DNA of 63,386 nucleotides, filler included, from Klebsormidium nitens (taxonomy: Eukaryota > Plantae > Klebsormidiophyceae): assembly GCA_000708835.1 (NCBI GenBank). It is 4 parts of 4 records of this genome, joined end to end, with 100 filler letters (N's around TTAATTAATTAA, not from the genome) between each part and the next. Parts side by side here need not be neighbours in the genome. Positions count along the whole stretch, not along the records: positions 23,639 to 54,209 come from DF237312.1; 3 more parts are not named here. The stretch is one strand, 5' to 3'. Positions 24,217-36,725 of the stretch are shown here, one piece after another (position 1 is the first letter of the stretch; every line of letters begins with the position of its first letter). A program made the position numbers and the translations under genes. The notes under the pieces are model-generated. The model did no database searches. It saw only the letters and a program-made list of their open reading frames with translations, and had not been told where the DNA came from.

Positions 24217-25491
24217 CTATGTTCCATATCCTTTTGTGAGCGCTCCGAGAATTTCTGAGGTAATGAGATTGTTTCGCTCGCACGAGTGTAGCAATCTGAT
24301 GACGTCTTTGGTGGATTTAAAGTGAGAACCGGTGGGTTTCCCTGTGGAAGGCTTGTTAGCCATATTATCTGATTTACTGAGCCACCTGACATTATCGACG
24401 GTGTAATGCCGCAGAGGATCTTTCCGATCTAACTGAAATTGAGAAGAGGCATCAGTGGGCCATAATGGTAGCGCCCCGAGGAATAGGTCTGTGACGTAAG
24501 CAAACGTGAAATAAGCATATTTGTCTCTTTGGCTTGAGACTTTGCCTTTGGGAAGATAAAATCCTTTCCAGCCGAACGTCAGCCGGGTGGTGGCATAAGC
24601 AGGATCGAAGTGAACTCTGTTAATCAGGGACTCCCACTTCTCATAAGCGGGGTGATCAGTGTTTTTAACGATTTCTGAGCGGCCGTTTTTATAAGTTCGG
24701 AGTTTTAGCGGGCAGGATTTGTAGACAGGGGATTGGTATTTCAACAGACAGTTGTCGAGCTCATTTAGTTCATTTTGTAGGAACATTCTGAACTGTGAGA
24801 TGAGAGGAACCGCCGGGTTTTTGTAGATTTCCTGGTATGAAAACCTCGTGATTAGATGGTGAATTTCTGGTGGCAGAGTCTCCCGTTGTGAGAGCCCACC
24901 TGCTGGGGTGAGATTTAGGTCCGAATTTGAGATCGAAGTTACAGAGCGCGATTCAGATTGCGTGAAAAAGGGTTTTCTAAATCGTTTCGGCGCCTTTTTA
25001 AGAATTGACGCCCTTGGTGGGCAAGCCCCGCCGGGTGGGAGGCTTACAACTGCAGACGCATTTGTGACGACGCCGTTCGTCACGAAAGAGGAACCTACCG
25101 GAAATCTCATATAACACGTGAGAAAGAATGCGTGTTCGTCATTCTTTCGGACCAGTCCCAATGATTGCAATGACGACACATCGTTAGAGAATCGTGTGGT
25201 GGGTCGCGAATCAAATAGGTCGAGCATAATGTGATTACCGTCAAGTTCGCGTGGTCTACAAAACATAGTGGCGATTATGACTAGCAGTCCTTCAAGAGCT
25301 TTTTCTGAAGGAGCAGAGGCATTCAAGTCTAAAAGCAGTCTTGCCTCATGAGTCGTCTTGCAAGTTGCCGGTCTTGCCGAGAGCTTCGGGTGAGTGTGGA
25401 CATCAGTGTCGACATCAAGGGAAAGGCGAGAGAAAGACGACAGATTCCATGCAGAAGCGATTCGATGCGGCCGACCGGTCAGCTCGTACAC
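24217..25491 (-). CDS. Intronless ORF with a C-terminal phage-type HNH (beta-beta-alpha-Me) endonuclease-like domain
   Basis: aa ~280-380: HPAYEKWESLINRV...W...F...LGALP...QLDRKDPLRHYTVDNVRWLSKSDNMANK matches the phage homing-endonuclease pattern HPxYxxWxxMxxR...DRIDNxxxYxPxNxRWxxxxxQxxN. First in-frame ATG is at 25266. Confidence 0.65.
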   Translation of the reverse strand: MYELTGRPHRIASAWNLSSFSRLSLDVDTDVHTHPKLSARPATCKTTHEARLLLDLNASAPSEKALEGLLVIIATMFCRPRELDGNHIMLDLFDSRPTTRFSNDVSSLQSLGLVRKNDEHAFFLTCYMRFPVGSSFVTNGVVTNASAVVSLPPGGACPPRASILKKAPKRFRKPFFTQSESRSVTSISNSDLNLTPAGGLSQRETLPPEIHHLITRFSYQEIYKNPAVPLISQFRMFLQNELNELDNCLLKYQSPVYKSCPLKLRTYKNGRSEIVKNTDHPAYEKWESLINRVHFDPAYATTRLTFGWKGFYLPKGKVSSQRDKYAYFTFAYVTDLFLGALPLWPTDASSQFQLDRKDPLRHYTVDNVRWLSKSDNMANKPSTGKPTGSHFKSTKDVIRLLHSCERNNLITSEILGALTKGYGT

Positions 25492-28400
25492 ATGTCACTG
25501 CTGGCGGCCGGCCGGCTCCGGAGTCCGGAAGAGTTCTGCTTCGGCTCACTTTCGCAGCTAGCGCTAGCTGATCAAATTAGCGCAGGTTGTTTGTAGTACA
25601 GTCTCTGTACGGAGCGATCCTTTTTGTGTCGTCACTGCCTGCAGCCGGGATCGGACGTTACTCGCCGGCCCTACTAACTTGACGCGTGACAGGCAGACGC
25701 GGCTCGCGCCGATCTGATCAGTCGGCAACCTTGTCAGAAGAGTACTACGANNNNNNNNNNNNNNNNNNNNNNNNNNNNNNNNNNNNNNNNNNNNNNNNNN
25801 NNNNNNNNNNNNNNNNNNNNNNNNNNNNNNNNNNNNNNNNNNNNNNNNNNNNNNNNNNNNNNNNNNNNNNNNNNNNNNNNNNNNNNNNNNNNNNNNNNNN
25901 NNNNNNNNNNNNNNNNNNNNNNNNNNNNNNNNNNNNNNNNNNNNNNNNNNNNNNNNNNNNNNNNNNNNNNNNNNNNNNNNNNNNNNNNNNNNNNNNNNNN
26001 NNNNNNNNNNNNNNNNNNNNNNNNNNNNNNNNNNNNNNNNNNNNNNNNNNNNNNNNNNNNNNNNNNNNNNNNNNNNNNNNNNNNNNNNNNNNNNNNNNNN
26101 NNNNNNNNNNNNNNNNNNNNNNNNNNNNNNNNNNNNNNNNNNNNNNNNNNNNNNNNNNNNNNNNNNNNNNNNNNNNNNNNNNNNNNNNNNNNNNNNNNNN
26201 NNNNNNNNNNNNNNNNNNNNNNNNNNNNNNNNNNNNNNNNNNNNNNNNNNNNNNNNNNNNNNNNNNNNNNNNNNNNNNNNNNNNNNNNNNNNNNNNNNNN
26301 NNNNNNNNNNNNNNNNNNNNNNNNNNNNNNNNNNNNNNNNNNNNNNNNNNNNNNNNNNNNNNNNNNNNNNNNNNNNNNNNNNNNNNNNNNNNNNNNNNNN
26401 NNNNNNNNNNNNNNNNNNNNNNNNNNNNNNNNNNNNNNNNNNNNNNNNNNNNNNNNNNNNNNNNNNNNNNNNNNNNNNNNNNNNNNNNNNNNNNNNNNNN
26501 NNNNNNNNNNNNNNNNNNNNNNNNNNNNNNNNNNNNNNNNNNNNNNNNNNNNNNNNNNNNNNNNNNNNNNNNNNNNNNNNNNNNNNNNNNNNNNNNNNNN
26601 NNNNNNNNNNNNNNNNNNNNNNNNNNNNNNNNNNNNNNNNNNNNNNNNNNNNNNNNNNNNNNNNNNNNNNNNNNNNNNNNNNNNNNNNNNNNNNNNNNNN
26701 NNNNNNNNNTTGACGATAAGTCAGGGAGCGTACGTCTTCGTTGAGAGAACTCATTCGGAGAGAAACACGTACTTGCAAGCTATATCGCTTTGGGATCACA
26801 ATTTCTTGATCAGCATTGCCAGTGAAAGGCGTTTTCTCTTGCGCTCTGAAACCCATCCACTACAACCGCTGAGCCAGGTGGTAGCTGCGATTGAGCAGGT
26901 TGTTGCGGAACAGATCAACCTGGAACCCTCAGCATCTACCAAAGGAGGCCGGGAGAAGCAAGCGGGCAGCCACTTACTGCGCATGCCGAGCTTGAGGCAG
27001 GAACTCGTCACGGCTAAAGGTGAGTGCAATATCCCTCTGAAGCCGTCCGTAACGACTATCCGATTTTGGAAGGTGTGATCTGAACCCTCTCTTGAGCCTA
27101 GCTTGTCATAATGATATTGGTGTCAGGTTACAACCATCTTCAAATGTGGCCTGATCGTTAGCATTGTTCCACAGTTACCATGTGATGCTGTGTGCAGTGC
27201 CGTCTGGTAATCCAGGGGGGCTCGGGATCCTGAATTGCATCTCTTGTTGTCTCCTTCATTTTGGTGCGGAGACAATCTTGCGGATTTACTCTCTGAAACC
27301 CTCGCCAATTGATTTTGAAAGAAGAGAGACTTTGGTCCAGAAAGAACGACTCTCAGGTTTAACAAGGCTGGGGCCCCAACATGCCAATCGCTAATACCTG
27401 TGACTAATGTGTCCTACTAACATTTTCTTACGCCGTCCTTATGGGCCCTTCAGTGGCTCATGGAGCATTGCACCCAGCATTAGTCTACCAACTTAGTCAG
27501 GTGGATTGATCTACATCGTTGGATTGGTTAGTGCAAGTGCAAATCTTTGTCGTTTAGTTGCTTGAGTACTTTTGTCAACATTAAAGGTGTTGAGGGCTCA
27601 AGTGCTTGTTCAGAATTACCCCAATTTGTGCGCAGTGGGCCTTGCAGCCTCATTTGATGAGGGGTTTAATCAGAGGTCTGGTCCGCGTCTTTCTGCAGGT
27701 AATGAGATCCTTCGAATGCGTATTGGAGCCGCTAACACCTAAAGGATCCCTTAGTCATCTGAGTGATCCCTCAGTCACCACAAGAAGATCTGGGGCATAT
27801 CAGCGCGCCCCTTTCAATCCAGCTTAATTTGGTGAGCTGCACTTGGATGATGACACTTGTGCATGTAGTATTGTTCTACAGGACTGCGCAAGTACTGCCT
27901 TTGTAAGCTAAGGTTCAATTCACAGGTCAACTTTTTAAGGTCTTTTTGAAAACACAGAAACATAACATCAATCTGCGTGTACGTTATTTAGAGGTTTTAC
28001 TGGTCTGGTTTGGGGGTTGTATCTCAAAGTTGCAGATTCTGGGGCTTCCTCGCACAATTTTTGAGACAACCGGGAGCTCTGGCTTAATCAGCTTTCCTGC
28101 TGGCAGCAAAACTACTGCACATGAATCAGCCCACACAAAAGTCTGCCCTCTGGGAATAAAGCCGTAGGCTTTTGATCTGCAAGAAAAGCCTGTGAATACA
28201 ATCTTTGCATGTCAGGAATTCCCTTTACTGCTGAATGGTTGTGGTCTCAAGGTTTGCAGTTGCATTTGTATCTCCTAGTCTAAGTTCAGGTCTGTCCAGG
28301 ATCAAGGGCACAGCACCTTTTTTAAGCTTGCGTGAGCAGAAGTAGATCAACTTGAAGACATAGGTCTGTGCATATTGACCCGCTTTCCCGTTGCTGACCC

Positions 28401-29100
28401 ACATTGCAAACTCCTCTTCTTGTCACTTCTCAAAAATGGTTCTCACAAACTGGTTGCTCCCTCTGCTAGGCACATTCGCGATGGCTCCCCTTTCCGTGTG
28501 GCCCTGGCTGCTAGGACTATATGTTCTGGCTGCCTCGCTCAACCTTGCTTCAGCGCAAGGCCCGCCAACCGGTGAGTATGTTGGAGTTGTCTTGGAGAAA
28601 ATGGTGCTGATCATGTACTCAATTTACATTCTGCCAATTTGATGGTGGTCCAGACTAGGCTCTCAAACAATCTTGGTTGCGCAGTTTAGTACAAAAGCCT
28701 TCAAGTTGTAACCGATGAGGTGTAAGTAGGTTGTCTTACATGTGCGGCAAGAGAGCCTGCTGCAGAAGAATGATTGCATGTCCAACTCTGACACCCTTCT
28801 AACTAGTGTCAGCAATCTGAAGTGTCACGTGAATCCACTGAGCAATGTCTGCCTAGAAGCAGATAGGATGTGACCCCAGCATGGCCCTCTGAGTGATAGC
28901 ACATCAAAGCATTCTTTGAATTCCCTTCGCAGGAAGCCCACCAACATTGCAGGGGCCTCCGCCGACTACCCTCCCCGGAACCAGCCTTCCCTCCCCTCTG
29001 CAGCCCCCCCCTACAAACGTGCCTAGCACACCCCTGCCCACAACACCCCTGCCCACAACACCCCCGCCGACAACGCCCCCGCCGACACCCCCCTCGAGCA
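25350..29100 (+). repeat. Segmental duplication copy A (paralogous to ~51160-54209)
   Basis: Collinear shared blocks include GTCACTGCCTGCAGCCGGGATCGGACGT, ACCAAAGGAGGCCGGGAGAAGCAAGC, TGAATTGCATCTCTTGTTGTCTCCTTCAT and ATGGCTCCCCTTTCCGTGTGGCCCTGGCTGCTAGGA. Confidence 0.9.
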
Positions 29101-32100
29101 CAGCCTCAAGCGGGTCCCCGCCCCCTAAAGTCGAGCAAGCCCAACCCCCTCCTTTACTAGCCAAGTCCCCGCCTCCTGTGTCCCAATCTCCCCAGCCTAA
29201 ATCGTCCTCACCCCCTAGTCCTTTGCCGTCCAGTCCCTCTCCTTCTCCTCCCTTACCCAGCACTCCCCTCCCGACAAAGAGTGGCACTCCCCTCCCCACT
29301 AGCACCAGCGGCTCCCCCCCTCTGCAAGGTACCCCACCACCCAAGGCTGTGCCCTTATCGCCCCTACCAAAGTCACGTCGGCCCCCCCTCCGCAAGTCAA
29401 CGCCCCACCCTCAACCTCTCTCCCCTCTAAAAGGCCCCCTCCTGTCAACCCCGGACTTCCTGCATCTCCGCCCCCTAATACCAAGCCGCCGCCAAAATCC
29501 ACAAGTTCCACCCCTCCTCTCCTACCTAATGTTCCCCCCTCCTGGCGCGTCTCTTTCGTCTCCTCCCCCTGTCAAATCCTCCGCGGCCCCGCTCTCTCAG
29601 CCTCCCCCACTTCGAGCCAACCCGCCACCACTCGTGTCGTCTCCCCTGCCCAAAGTGCCCCCCCCTCAGAGCCCTGTGCCTTATTCCCCTCCCCCCACTG
29701 CATCTAAAAACCTGCCGCCACTTCGCAATTCTCCCCCTCTGGGCGGTCCCCCTCCTCCAAAAGTTGCGCTCTCTCAACCTCCCCCAGTGCAAGGTAGTCC
29801 ACCACCTAAAAATCCACCGCCCAAGGGTTCCCCGACGCAAAGTCCCGTGGCTTCATCTTTCCCGCCTCCACAAATGAAAAGCCCGCCCCCGGCGTTCAAC
29901 CCTCGTCCTAGACGGGCCCTTCCCCCTCCGAAAACCCCGTTGTCACAGCCCCCGGCCCCCAATGCAAACCCTCCACCTCAAACCAAAAATTCGCCCCCTC
30001 CGGTTAACCCTCCCCCCCGCAGCACTGCACCCCCTCCTAAAGCAAACCCGCCTCCCCAAACCAAAACCTCGCCCCCTCCAATTAACCCTNNNNNNNNNNN
30101 NNNNNNNNNNNNNNNNNNNNNNNNNNNNNNNNNNNNNNNNNNNNNNNNNNNNNNNNNNNNNNNNNNNNNNNNNNNNNNNNNNNNNNNNNNNNNNNNNNNN
30201 NNNNNNNNNNNNNNNNNNNNNNNNNNNNNNNNNNNNNNNNNNNNNNNNNNNNNNNNNNNNNNNNNNNNNNNNNNNNNNNNNNNNNNNNNNNNNNNNNNNN
30301 NNNNNNNNNNNNNNNNNNNNNNNNNNNNNNNNNNNNNNNNNNNNNNNNNNNNNNNNNNNNNNNNNNNNNNNNNNNNNNNNNNNNNNNNNNNNNNNNNNNN
30401 NNNNNNNNNNNNNNNNNNNNNNNNNNNNNNNNNNNNNNNNNNNNNNNNNNNNNNNNNNNNNNNNNNNNNNNNNNNNNNNNNNNNNNNNNNNNNNNNNNNN
30501 NNNNNNNNNNNNNNNNNNNNNNNNNNNNNNNNNNNNNNNNNNNNNNNNNNNNNNNNNNNNNNNNNNNNNNNNNNNNNNNNNNNNNNNNNNNNNNNNNNNN
30601 NNNNNNNNNNNNNNNNNNNNNNNNNNNNNNNNNNNNNNNNNNNNNNNNNNNNNNNNNNNNNNNNNNNNNNNNNNNNNNNNNNNNNNNNNNNNNNNNNNNN
30701 NNNNNNNNNNNNNNNNNNNNNNNNNNNNNNNNNNNNNNNNNNNNNNNNNNNNNNNNNNNNNNNNNNNNNNNNNNNNNNNNNNNNNNNNNNNNNNNNNNNN
30801 NNNNNNNNNNNNNNNNNNNNNNNNNNNNNNNNNNNNNNNNNNNNNNNNNNNNNNNNNNNNNNNNNNNNNNNNNNNNNNNNNNNNNNNNNNNNNNNNNNNN
30901 NNNNNNNNNNNNNNNNNNNNNNNNNNNNNNNNNNNNNNNNNNNNNNNNNNNNNNNNNNNNNNNNNNNNNNNNNNNNNNNNNNNNNNNNNNNNNNNNNNNN
31001 NNNNNNNNNNNNNNNNNNNNNNNNNNNNNNNNNNNNNNNNNNNNNNNNNNNNNNNNNNNNNNNNNNNNNNNNNNNNTTTCGCAACCTCCACCTCTCAAGG
31101 CGAACCCGCCTCCTCAAACAAGAAGTTCGCCGCCACCACTCAACCCTCCTCCTCGCGGCGCCCCTCCCCCCCCCAAAGCCGTACTTTCACCACCACCGCC
31201 CCCCAAAGAAAAGCCCGCCTCCTCCACTTCGTCCTCCGCCACCTCAGAGCCCCGTGCCTCCCCCACCAATCTCAAAACAAAACCCCCCATCACCGCCTCC
31301 ATTGAATCCTCCACCCTTGGTTCTCCCCGCGCCAAATCCACCCCCGCTGCGCCGTCCGCCACCTCCACCCCCTGTGAGGCGGTGCAGATCAACCGCTGAT
31401 TGCCCAGCGAACAAAGGTTGTTGCACCGAAGAGAGTACCGGCAAAGTCGATAAGTGTCTCTTTCAGGGGCACTATAGATATCGTCAAAAGGACTCCTTTC
31501 CTGAACATTATAAAACTTTCAAGGTGACGTTTCATTTTGTGCGTGTCCTTTTTAAAACCGAAGCGCCAAGTGGTATTGGAATATCTAGGTAATTCCTTTT
31601 AACGTTTGCCAGCTCGTTCATTTCGTACCGTTCGCAAACGTGTATCTTGTCACCCGCCCCTTTGTGACACGGGGTTACCATGTCCAATTTTTCATCAACG
31701 GCTGCATATGCAGCAAGCTGTGCTTCAAGCGGATACAGTAATACTACCCAGGCCTAGATTCAAGACCTACTGACTTGGTTCTGAGTAAGATTCACCGAGC
31801 TTAGATGCATCAGACCTTTCGGTGTTCCGCTTTCAATTATTGACAATCGCTCTTCTCATTGCTGTGGTCATTTTGAGTTCTCCTACCCTTCGTTGTATCA
31901 CAAGGGCTTAAATGAAGAGCATCGAAGTACTCTCTTTCTTGTACTCTCTTTCTCTTTCTTGAAAACGTTTTCACACCTTTTCAGGCGTTTGCACAAACGT
32001 GCCAGTACTGTCCAATGGTACCCAAGTTTGCAGAAGTTGCCTTCATTTCAACGGACCGACATGCCCTCCTGAGTTAGGAGTGTGCTGCGGCAACGGAGCG

Positions 32101-34819
32101 TGTAAAGCATCGACCAATGACTGCCCCTGTGAATACTCCTCGAATTATCTCCCCACGGATACTGTTGCACCGAATTTCATTCGCAAATCGAAGGTCAGTG
32201 ACTCAAATCTCCATGAGACAGACAACGAGCTTGCTTGCTAGCAGCACGACGTGTACGTGTTTCAGGAACATGATCTGCTGAATCCGCAGCGGCTTTTCTC
32301 CTCGGGTTACTGTTGCAGCTTCAAGAGCAGTCTTAGCAGGTTCTGGATCTTTCACTTTTGCAGTCATCCGTTAGGAAAGTGAGGGATGACGAAAGCAATT
32401 GCAAGAGCCTCAGAACATTGTTGTGCTTGCAGTTTGTGTACAAGACTGATCAATTCACGGTAGATGCTCTCTAAATGGATAGTTGCCACCAGATTGTTTC
32501 TCGTTCTTGGGCAGGTACGTGCACCGACACGCCATTCCTTTCGAACGGCACCCAGGCCTGTGCTAATTGTCATGATTTTTACGGCCTCTCTTGCCCCGAC
32601 GACAAGCCTTTCTGCTGCGGCACCGGACAGACGGTGCGCCGCAAACGAGAGCGCATGCAGCTGCCAATCCCACACAGAATGTCCATCTGGGTATTGTTGT
32701 ACTGGAGATTACGGCAAGGTTATAACCGGTAAGCGTTGGCACGGTTAGGCTCATTCTTGAAGATCAAGTCTATGACCAATTCTTGCGTGTCTGATCTTTG
32801 CCATCAAATGATCTGAGGTCGGCTTGCCGTACACATAGGTTCAAGGTGCAGGGTTCGACGATGACGCAATTGTCGCTCTTGTCTGGTTCCCAGAACTTAC
32901 TGCCCTTGTCTTCAAGAAAATCTCCTACCAGATGCTTTTATAAGCTTTTCCTCCCAGGTTGCAATAGCTCGTTGATGTCGGGTTTTCGTTCTATTGCGTT
33001 CATGTTATGAACAAACGGTGTCAGGACTTTACATATGACGCCCTCAAGCACTCGACCGGCACTGGCATCACGCGCTTCAGGCCCAAACTTGGCCCAATCA
33101 CGAGCTTCCGTGACGCTGAATGCGAGCTTCATTCCCCAAAGTGGTCTTGATTAACGGAAGACCCGGGCTGAGCCACCTTCCGCTCCTGCAGGTCATTGCA
33201 CAGACTCGCCCTTCGACAGCAGCGGTGCGCAGGTTTGTCCAGACTGTTACTATTACAATGGGATCTCCTGCCCGGCCGCCAAGAGGAGTTGTTGTAGCGT
33301 AACTGGAGCGTGTGTCGATGATGTGGCGGCCTGCCCCTGTTACTACAGCCAGTACTACTGCCCGTCGGGTTGTTGCACGGTCTACGACTACAATTACAAC
33401 TCCATTGGTGAGCCATGACCACTGTCCAACTTGGAGTTTCGATTTTTTGAATACACACATACCGATATCATGGTGACCTCAGCTTAATGGCACAACGCTT
33501 TTAGGACGTGATGCAGACTGGCGGCAGGCATGCAGAACCTGGTGGGGCATCGATTCTCTGGCAAAGCGTAGTGTGAGGCATGGCAACAGGCCGCGCAGCT
33601 CTAGTAGTGCTTTTGTGGAATTGGAAAATCTTGGTCAGTGACATATCGAATAGCGGCTACTGCCTCGTGCCCCTTGCTTCAGATCGACGGTGCGCGGTAA
33701 TGCTCTCTTCAACGGTGACTTTATTTTTCCATAGACGTTTAAGGGAAAGGTTGACGAGCTCTGTCAAGGCGTCGTGAGGAGAAGAGCCGAGTTTTTCGAC
33801 CCTTCTTTGTCGTAAGCCCGCCAGTTCCGGCCACTCGGTTTGCATTTGGAATGATCTTGGGTTGGTTTTTTCCTGCACTCCCTCTCTTGAGGGTAGGACT
33901 CGGAGGAACTGCCTCCGCATAGGAACCAGCACCCTAGGGCTGCTTATGAATCATTGAATGCTCACGCCGCTCCCATTGACTTTCTTGTCCAGGACACTGC
34001 TCGGCCACGGGCTTCTTCAGCAACGGCACCCAAGAATGCCCGAACTGTAACGACTTCAGAAACGGGATCAGCTGCCCGGCCAACAAGAAGGTGTGCTGCC
34101 CAAACGGGCAGTGCGCGGCGAGCAGTGCTGCCTGCACCTGCCAGGGTTCTAGTTTCTGTCCCGTCGGCTACTGCTGCACGGAAGATTACTCCGGCAGACT
34201 GGGTGAGTCGTGTCGTGGGCCTCCATCTGATTGGAATGTCTTCTTGAGATTGGCTACTGACCTGCCGTTGAATACGGGCGATGATGTGGCGGTTGGGACG
34301 CAGTTAATTGTATCTTGACTGACCCTTTGTACACCCTGGATCTAAGTTCCCAGCACCGTCTTTTCGTATCGGGGATCTGCCAATTTCCCTTGATAGTCCG
34401 AGAGCCTTTGTTCGCTCGCGGACCGAGTTGTAGTTGCTCACGTCAAGCGCCAAGCTTCAGGCAGCCACCCATGTCCCAAGCATTCCCGTTCAGAATGTTG
34501 CAGTGCAAATACTCGCTTGGGTTTGAATACGTCAGTTGGTGGTGCTCCATCACTCATAACATGACATTCTGGACCTTGGCTTTTCTGAAAGTGATCACCA
34601 GAATTTCTGCTTATTGTCCCGATCCAACACGATCCGTAACAGATACTTGTCCTTGCAGGGAAATGCACGAGCGCGCCCTTCAACAGTAACGGCAAGCAGG
34701 TGTGTCCAAACTGCAACAATTGGAACGGTGCCAACAACGGGGTGTATAGCCCCGCCGACAAAGGAACGTGCTGCTCATCGGGGGAGTGTGTCGCGTCACA
34801 AACCTCCTGCCCATCATAG
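28481..34819 (+). pseudogene. Chimeric extensin/HRGP-like secreted protein: signal peptide + Pro/Ser-rich rod + five exon-encoded Cys-rich modules; multiple lesions
   Basis: Exon 28481-28571 encodes MAPLSVWPWLLGLYVLAASLNLASAQ. Exon 28933-31449 is SPn/TPn-rich and spans a gap. Module exons: 31985-32193, 32515-32728, 33192-33407, 33993-34202 and 34659-34819 (stop). Lesions: donor ATAAGT at 31450, exon lengths 209 and 214 nt (frameshifts), extra C at 31199-31204. Confidence 0.8.
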
Positions 34820-36444
34820 CGTTGTTGAGTAGCTTCTAACCCCGCCCTACCTCCGCCAGGTTGCTTGATGGAGAGGATAAGGCCACGTAATAAAACTCCG
34901 ACACCTTGGATGGCTAGTGTCGAGGAGCGGATCGCAATGAACAAAGGATTTGTTATCGATATTGTTTTAGTTGAAGGTTCCTCTATTTCTTTCGTCCTGA
35001 ACTGCCACGTATCGCAAATCAAATTTCTTGCTCCGACCTGGTGCATACAATTATCCTGATGTCGTGCAGCACTAATCTGTATTGTCGTTGTGCACTTGCC
35101 CGGCCGTCGGTTGAGCCCACGTTGCTCTGTTCTTTGTCGCACCCTTTCACCTCATATTAATTGGCGTATCTTTGATACTGGTTGACCAATTTAGTACATC
35201 GTGTAATTGAATCTGGCATGCCGTGCTGGCCCCGGCGATCTTTGATTGAAATGTCAGTGTGGGCTATTGTTCGACGAGTCGGCCCGATGTCAAATTTCTA
35301 GTAGCACAATTAAGTAGAGGCGAGGCAATTGACGCGTCAGTGAGTCCGATCGAAGTTCGTACTTTGCATTTTCGCATTCAATTGACTAGCTCGTTTACCA
35401 ATATACTGAGAACTGGCAATTCATCAGTGACCATGTGACTCGATCCGTACGTGAAATATATGCATGACGTACTATACCATTGGGTGCCGCATGATACATT
35501 CATATACATGATACAGTAACTGCACTCATGCGAGACGCCTTATACTGCATGCTTCAAGGCTTGTGTACTAGGTCGACCAAATCATCAGGATCGATCGGTG
35601 ATTCGAGTCGATATCACTGGTGCTGTATAGCAATTTGTTCGGCGTTCAAGATTTTGTTGTTGGCCGCCGCGACGGCATGGTCAAATCATTGAATGAATTT
35701 GCGCCACCGTCACGCGGATCGAGTCGATCGGACTCACAGATGGACACTTCTCTTATAGCCCCATGGGGCGGAGTGCGGGTACATAGCAGTGTTAGTGCTG
35801 TTCGCAAGAACATGTTTCTACAGCAACAATAACTCTTCGACAACCTGAGAACCTACGGACCAAGAAACCAATCTCTTATTGCATCTGCACTATCGTGAAG
35901 CTAGCTAGTCAACGTTTGGATATCATCATCTACGGTAGGAGATGAAGACTACTCCTATAGCCTGGCCGGCAGATGCGTTGTCGCGCGTCAGTGTCAACAT
36001 TGCGAGTGATCGTGACAACACGGGCCCCTAAATGGTATATTTTCGTATATATAGGATACAGTATATACTTCTCATGGCCGCCCAATTCCTTTTCCGCCTG
36101 GCGCGCCGTCTTATGCAGCTATAGCCCCGCACTCTCGTTGCTGGTATCATGCTCCAGGCAGAGCCCGCTTCTTAATTCGCTGGGCGACCATTGTCAGCTG
36201 GGCTTGGTGCTGCCCGATACGCGCCGCGGAGACGCAATATCGATCCGAAGAAGCTACATGCGGGCCGGCAATGCCGGGGCGCCCGGACTGTGAGCTACGC
36301 AGTTAGCCGAGGAAAGCGGCCGCACAGCATAACCGTCTTGTGATCTAAGAGCACCCGGACCAGGTTCGGACGTCGATCCGCCACAAATCACAGAGGCAAC
36401 ACTGCAAGTCCCTCTGTTTAAGATTAACTGCACTGTGAGAAAGC

Positions 36445-36725
36445 ACTTTGCCTAAACCCTGCCTAAACCCTGCCATAAGACCTATTGGGGGTCGGCAGGT
36501 TTTAGGCCGGGTTATGCAAACATTAGGCATGCTTTAGGCATGCCGAATGGACCGGAAACGTGCTCGGAAGAAGACACGCAGATCGTTTGGCAGGGGTCAG
36601 GCAGACCTTAGGCTGACCTTAGGTTGGTGTTAGGATGTCTACATGATAATCTTTGTACATGCCTAGATGTTTGGGTTCTGGCCTAAAACTTCGTGCCTGA
36701 TGCTAGCCTAAAATCAGCCTAGTGT
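36445..36725. repeat. Degenerate cluster of CCTAAA/TTAGG motifs
   Basis: GCCTAAACCCT x2, TTTAGGC/TTAGG repeated, GCCTAAAA x2, in both orientations. Confidence 0.5.

Noticed and set aside
28436-28480. Upstream in-frame ATG (MVLTNW...) as start of the extensin-like gene
   Set aside because: In the duplicate the equivalent ATG is out of frame, while ATG 28481/53393 and the signal peptide are conserved.
25564-31592. Long ORF-track entries spanning N runs, including those at 40659-41565
   Set aside because: Their length comes from X codons. The 881-aa frame is only partly real and changes frame after the gap.
36431-36437. Perfect RSS heptamer (CACTGTG, reverse complement of CACAGTG)
   Set aside because: Isolated 7-mer with no nonamer or partner end; expected by chance in 63 kb.
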